From Candidatus Woesearchaeota archaeon (GTDB lineage: Archaea > Nanobdellota > Nanobdellia > SCGC-AAA011-G17 > GW2011-AR17): a DNA stretch of 35,433 nucleotides. The translations under genes were made by a program, and so were the position numbers. Below the pieces are notes generated by a model that saw only the letters and a program-made list of their open reading frames with translations, did no database searches and had not been told where the DNA came from. This document shows positions 32,002 to 35,433 of this stretch, piece by piece. Where the stretch lies: assembly GCA_003694495.1 (NCBI GenBank), contig RFJO01000038.1, positions 1 through 35,433 on the forward strand, given 5' to 3'. The stretch's first letter is position 1; each line of letters opens with the position of its first letter.

Positions 32002-32457
32002 ATGGCAAGAATGTATTCAGGTAAACACGGAAAGTCTTCTTCAACAAAGCCAGTTAAGAAGACAAAGCCCGTATGGTTGTCTTATAAACCTAAAGAAGTT
32101 GAAACCTTAGTTGTTAAACTTGCAAAGGCAGGAAACTCGCCTGCAATGATTGGCCTAATACTAAGGGACACATACGGTATACCAGACGTAAAAACAGTTA
32201 CAAAAAAGAAAATAACGCAAATTCTTAAAGAAAACAAGCTTGAGTCTAAATTACCATCAGATTTGGCAGACCTAATAAAAAGATTTATCGCAGTGCAAAA
32301 GCATATGGAGATAAATAAAAAGGATTATACCGGTAAAAGAGGTTTGCAACTGGTTGAGTCAAAAATAAAAAGGCTTGTGAAATATTATAAGTCTAAAGGC
32401 GTACTTCCACAAGAGTGGAGATTTGACAAGAACCGTGCAAAGATGTTGGTGGAATAA
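32002..32457 (+). CDS. rps15: 30S ribosomal protein uS15 (S15P/S13e)
   Basis: MARMYSGKHGKSSSTKP...WL...EVETLVVKLAKAGNSPAMIGLILRDTYGIPDVK. The track start at 31969 is a GTG. I prefer the ATG at 32002, with GGAG 6 nt upstream. Confidence 0.9.
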   Translation: MARMYSGKHGKSSSTKPVKKTKPVWLSYKPKEVETLVVKLAKAGNSPAMIGLILRDTYGIPDVKTVTKKKITQILKENKLESKLPSDLADLIKRFIAVQKHMEINKKDYTGKRGLQLVESKIKRLVKYYKSKGVLPQEWRFDKNRAKMLVE

Positions 32458-32458
32458 A

Positions 32459-33028
32459 ATGGCAGCAAAAAGAAAAACAACAAAAATGCAAAAGAAGAAA
32501 AGGTGGTTTAATGTAGTTGCGCCACAGGAATTTAAGAGTGTCTCATTAGGAGAAACGCCAGCACTTGAACCAGACAACCTTAAAGGAAGGACGTTTAAGC
32601 TTAACTTGATGACTATAACTAAAGATATGAAAAAGCAAAGCTTTTCCGTTAAGTTTAGGACAACAGAAGTTAAAGGCAACGATGTTCATACTGAATTAAT
32701 AAGGTATGAAATGGGTAATGTCCATGTAAAAAGAGTGGTTAAGAAAGGAAAAGACAAAGTTGATGACAGTTTTGTTGTGCAAACTAAGGATGGAGTGAAG
32801 GTAAGGTTGAAACCGTTGCTTATAACAAGAAACAAAGTACAGAACTCGGTGAAGACTACTCTAAGAAAGTCTGTTAGGGAATTGTTGCAGGAACAGTTTA
32901 AGCAGAAAGATTATTCGCAAGTTGTTACAGCGCTTATAAGATATGAACTGCAGTCAAAAATTAAATCAGAAATGAAAAAGGTTTATCCTTTGGCATTTGT
33001 AGAGTTTAGAGTATTTGAAAAACTTTAA
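32459..33028 (+). CDS. rps3ae: 30S ribosomal protein eS1 (S3Ae)
   Basis: MAAKRKTTKMQKKKRWFNVVAPQEFKSVSLGETPALEPDNLKGRTFKLNL... The ATG at 32459 lies 1 nt after the rps15 stop, with GGTGGA upstream. The track start at 32423 would overlap rps15. Confidence 0.9.
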   Translation: MAAKRKTTKMQKKKRWFNVVAPQEFKSVSLGETPALEPDNLKGRTFKLNLMTITKDMKKQSFSVKFRTTEVKGNDVHTELIRYEMGNVHVKRVVKKGKDKVDDSFVVQTKDGVKVRLKPLLITRNKVQNSVKTTLRKSVRELLQEQFKQKDYSQVVTALIRYELQSKIKSEMKKVYPLAFVEFRVFEKL

Positions 33029-33041
33029 TTTTTTCTTTTTT
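33029..33041 (+). terminator. oligo-T tract after rps3ae
   Basis: TTTTTTCTTTTTT lies immediately after the stop codon. Confidence 0.5.
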
Positions 33042-33082
33042 AGAAAAATTTTTAAGCAAAAAACAATACACAACACATCAAT

Positions 33083-33155
33083 GCCTCAGTAGCTTAACGG
33101 TTAGAGCACCTGACTTGTAATCAGGAGGTTGGGAGTTCAAATCTCCCCTGAGGCT
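33083..33155 (+). tRNA. tRNA-Thr (anticodon UGU)
   Basis: The acceptor stem is GCCUCAG/CUGAGGC, the anticodon stem CCUGA/UCAGG, the loop CUUGUAA and the T arm GGGAG-UUCAAAU-CUCCC. No CCA is encoded. Confidence 0.85.
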
Positions 33156-33159
33156 TTCT

Positions 33160-33232
33160 GGGCTTGTGGTCTAGTGGCTATGACGTTGCCTTGACGTGGC
33201 AAAGGTCCCCGGTTCGATTCCGGGCAGGCCCA
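33160..33232 (+). tRNA. tRNA-Val (anticodon GAC)
   Basis: The acceptor stem is GGGCUUG/CAGGCCC, the anticodon stem UUGCC/GGCAA, the loop UUGACGU and the T arm CCCGG-UUCGAUU-CCGGG. It starts 4 nt after tRNA-Thr. No CCA is encoded. Confidence 0.85.
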
Positions 33233-33273
33233 TATAAAAACATTTATATATGTTGTTTTATTTATTATTTGAT

Positions 33274-34071
33274 ATGAAAAAGGGGTTAGTATTTTTTGTA
33301 TTGATGTTAATTTTTTTAATGCCTTTTGCATCAGCTGGTTTTTTAGCTGATTTTTATGAAAAGTTCAGTTCACATAACCAAATTACAGGAATGTTTTCAT
33401 TTCGTGAATTGAGTAAGACGATAGATGGTATTAGGACTACAACCACTACACCAAAATCTCCAACCAAAACAGTAACACAGCAGCCTACATCTAATACAAA
33501 TCCATCTCCAACCCCTACAGCAACGCAGCAACCGTCATCTAATACTAATCCATCTCCAACCCAAACAGATACAACAACTGATTCAAGACAGGATACTGAT
33601 AGTTCTAATAAGGATCAAATAGAAGAGACAAATGTTAAAAGATTTAAAGCAAAACCCGGAAGGTATTTAATATCAAATGAAGGGGCTAAAAAAGAGCTTG
33701 TTATAAATTTGGTCATGGATAGAAATGGAAAAAAATTTGCAAGGTCTAAAATAGTTTATTCCAACATTAATAATAAAATAATAGATATAAAAGGTGCTAA
33801 ATATAAAGTTACTGTGCAAGGTGATAAAGTTAAGCTTGTTGAAGTTTCTGAAAGTTCAACCTCTGGAGGGATAGATCGGGCGGCGGCTGGTGTAGCACTA
33901 GGCAATAATAATTTAGCAGGTTCTACTCAAAGCACTTCTGGTTCAAGCGCAGTAACTTCTTCATCCTCATTAGGTTCAAGTGCAGTAACTTCTTCATCCT
34001 CATCAGGTTCAAGTAGTTCGTTATCATTTACAAGAGCTATTACAAGATCATTAGGAGGATTGTTCAGATGA
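33274..34071 (+). CDS. secreted low-complexity (T/P/S/N-rich) protein, unknown function
   Basis: I prefer the ATG at 33274 (MKKGLVFFVLMLIFLMPFASA, a Sec-type signal), with a TATA-like CATTTATATATG 22-33 nt upstream. It contains two internal tandem repeats and a Ser-rich C-terminus. The stop overlaps the next gene's ATG (ATGA at 34068-34071). Confidence 0.65.
   Translation: MKKGLVFFVLMLIFLMPFASAGFLADFYEKFSSHNQITGMFSFRELSKTIDGIRTTTTTPKSPTKTVTQQPTSNTNPSPTPTATQQPSSNTNPSPTQTDTTTDSRQDTDSSNKDQIEETNVKRFKAKPGRYLISNEGAKKELVINLVMDRNGKKFARSKIVYSNINNKIIDIKGAKYKVTVQGDKVKLVEVSESSTSGGIDRAAAGVALGNNNLAGSTQSTSGSSAVTSSSSLGSSAVTSSSSSGSSSSLSFTRAITRSLGGLFR
33475..33570 (+). repeat. 48-nt imperfect tandem duplication in coding sequence
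   Basis: The two units encode TQQPTSNTNPSPTPTA and TQQPSSNTNPSPTQTD. Confidence 0.8.
33940..34017 (+). repeat. 33-nt tandem repeat, about 2.4 copies, in coding sequence
   Basis: ggttcaagcgcagtaacttcttcatcctcatta and ggttcaagtgcagtaacttcttcatcctcatca are followed by a partial ggttcaagtagt. They encode GSSAVTSSSSL and GSSAVTSSSSS. Confidence 0.85.
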
Positions 34072-35408
34072 GGGTTAATAAAATGTTTACTTTATTTTTA
34101 GTGATATTGTTATTGTCAAGTTTAGTTTATTCAGCTGCGTTAGACCAAATAAGTGGTGTTGGTAAAGATCAACCTCAGTCTAAAAGTAATGATGATAAAA
34201 GAGGTATCTTTGCTTCATTCTTTGGTTTTTTTTCTCCAACAGCATCTAATGAAAATGAACAACAACAAGATGTTCCTCAACAACAAACAAATCCAGAAAC
34301 AACTTCAGATGAAGGATTTAATATGCCAATTGATGTAGAGGAAGGTGAGCAGGATACTGAAGGTAAAATAGAAAAAGGTAAAATTGCTTCGCATGAGGAA
34401 ACACAAAGGGGAAGAAAAAAATCTGATGTAAAATGTGAAGATACCGATAGAGGTAGAGATTTTACGAGAGCAGGAGTTGTTACAGGAAAGATTAGCCTTG
34501 ATGGAGAGGTGAAAACAATTGCAGACAGGTGTATTGATGAAAACACTCTTGTTGAAGCATTTTGTAACCCTTGGACAGATTTAGTACAGTTTAATAAAGT
34601 ATATTGTCCAAATGGATGTGTTGAAGAGTTGCCTCAAACTCCAGGTGGTAGATTAGGTAACCAACCTCAGTTAACTAGCTTAACAGTTAAAACAGCGAAA
34701 TGTATATCCCCACCGTATTGTCTTGATACTGATAGAAAAGAGTCTAATAAAATAAGGGGTTATTTATTATTATTTAAATCTGGCAGCTTGTTTGATGCAG
34801 GTTCAATCGCAGAATTAAATATTAACGATAGAATCGAAGCTCATAGGGATTATTGTGATCCAAATGATAGAACTAAAGTTATACAACATAAGTGCTCAGT
34901 TGATGGTTATGAAGAAGTTGTTACAAATTGTGGAGATGATGAAAGGTGTAGGTATGGTGTATGTTGTAAAAAGGAAGAATGCCCTCCTTTAGAAGAAAGT
35001 AAAGATTCAGGAGATGTTGTTATTGAGAATCCACAAACTTCATCTATTAGACATAACTCAGCTATTACAACAAAAAGTACTGATGCTAATGGAGAGCAAA
35101 TTGAAATAACTAAAGGGCAGACAAAAACAGTTAATGGTGTTAGGCTAAAATTTGATAAAGATGGGACTTTGTCTTATGATCTTACAATTGAAGTAGGTAA
35201 AATTACTGATGGTATCTTGTTAGAAGATGATGAAACTGATAAAGCAACCAACAATGTTCAAGATCTTAAGCAAGATTCAACGCCTAGTTCGCAAGCAACT
35301 TCATTGGATGAAAATAAAGATACAAGTAGCCAGGATGATAGTACAAGTTCTCAAAGTAATTATCAAACCACTAACTTAAATCTAAGAAAATTGAATATTA
35401 GAATTTAA
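34068..35408 (+). CDS. secreted protein with two Cys-containing C-x-D-T-D-R modules, unknown function
   Basis: The signal peptide is MRVNKMFTLFLVILLLSSLVYSA. The two modules are KCEDTDRGRDFTRAGVVTG...ADRCIDENTLVEAFC...VYCPNGC and YCLDTDRKESNKIRGYL...HRDYCDPNDRTKVIQHKC...TNCGDDERCRYGVCC. The C-terminus is acidic and S/T-rich. Confidence 0.65.
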   Translation: MRVNKMFTLFLVILLLSSLVYSAALDQISGVGKDQPQSKSNDDKRGIFASFFGFFSPTASNENEQQQDVPQQQTNPETTSDEGFNMPIDVEEGEQDTEGKIEKGKIASHEETQRGRKKSDVKCEDTDRGRDFTRAGVVTGKISLDGEVKTIADRCIDENTLVEAFCNPWTDLVQFNKVYCPNGCVEELPQTPGGRLGNQPQLTSLTVKTAKCISPPYCLDTDRKESNKIRGYLLLFKSGSLFDAGSIAELNINDRIEAHRDYCDPNDRTKVIQHKCSVDGYEEVVTNCGDDERCRYGVCCKKEECPPLEESKDSGDVVIENPQTSSIRHNSAITTKSTDANGEQIEITKGQTKTVNGVRLKFDKDGTLSYDLTIEVGKITDGILLEDDETDKATNNVQDLKQDSTPSSQATSLDENKDTSSQDDSTSSQSNYQTTNLNLRKLNIRI

Positions 35409-35433
35409 TCAAAATCTTTAAATACATTTAAAC

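Noticed and set aside
33137-33331. 64-aa minus-strand ORF.
   Set aside because: It overlaps tRNA-Thr and tRNA-Val, and the tRNA folds are far better supported.
1-35433. CRISPR arrays, rRNA genes, transposases, integrases and prophage hallmarks.
   Set aside because: I found no regularly spaced direct repeats, no rRNA-like sequence and no recombinase or transposase motifs. The only repeats are short in-frame coding repeats and small operator-like palindromes.

Overview
The window is a compact, AT-rich archaeal chromosome segment. Evidence for archaeal origin includes PCNA, TBP, MCM, aIF1A, aIF2-beta, Rio1, a Dim2-like KH protein, an archaeal-type IleRS, TruD, ribosomal proteins uS15 and eS1, four tRNAs without encoded CCA, TATA-box promoters and oligo-T terminators. 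The small, tightly packed genes suggest an uncultivated small-genome (DPANN-like) archaeon, but that is inference only. Positions 15.6-33.2 kb are mostly housekeeping: replication, translation initiation and ribosome biogenesis genes, two tandem HEPN/nucleotidyltransferase modules (one visibly decaying) and a MATE transporter. The unusual part is the left 14.2 kb, 32-14220, all on the minus strand. It encodes three paralogous giant proteins (1113-1332 aa) that are extremely cysteine-rich, each with a signal peptide and a mid-protein membrane hairpin. These are interleaved with five small proteins whose N-termini look like archaeal class III (type IV prepilin-like) signal peptides. I cannot assign any of these eight products to a named family, and I propose the cluster as a candidate undescribed cell-surface or attachment apparatus. 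Other points of interest:
- an ArmA/Rmt-type 16S rRNA methyltransferase homolog sits at the end of the aIF1A-Rio1-KH ribosome-biogenesis operon;
- a lipobox-bearing MsrP/YedY-like molybdoenzyme domain is paired with a 77-aa His-containing membrane protein;
- an OB-fold/winged-helix gene lies directly behind mcm;
- two secreted repeat or Cys-domain proteins lie at the right edge.
No CRISPR array, rRNA, transposase or integrase was seen. All family calls come from motif recognition by eye, and no database search was run.
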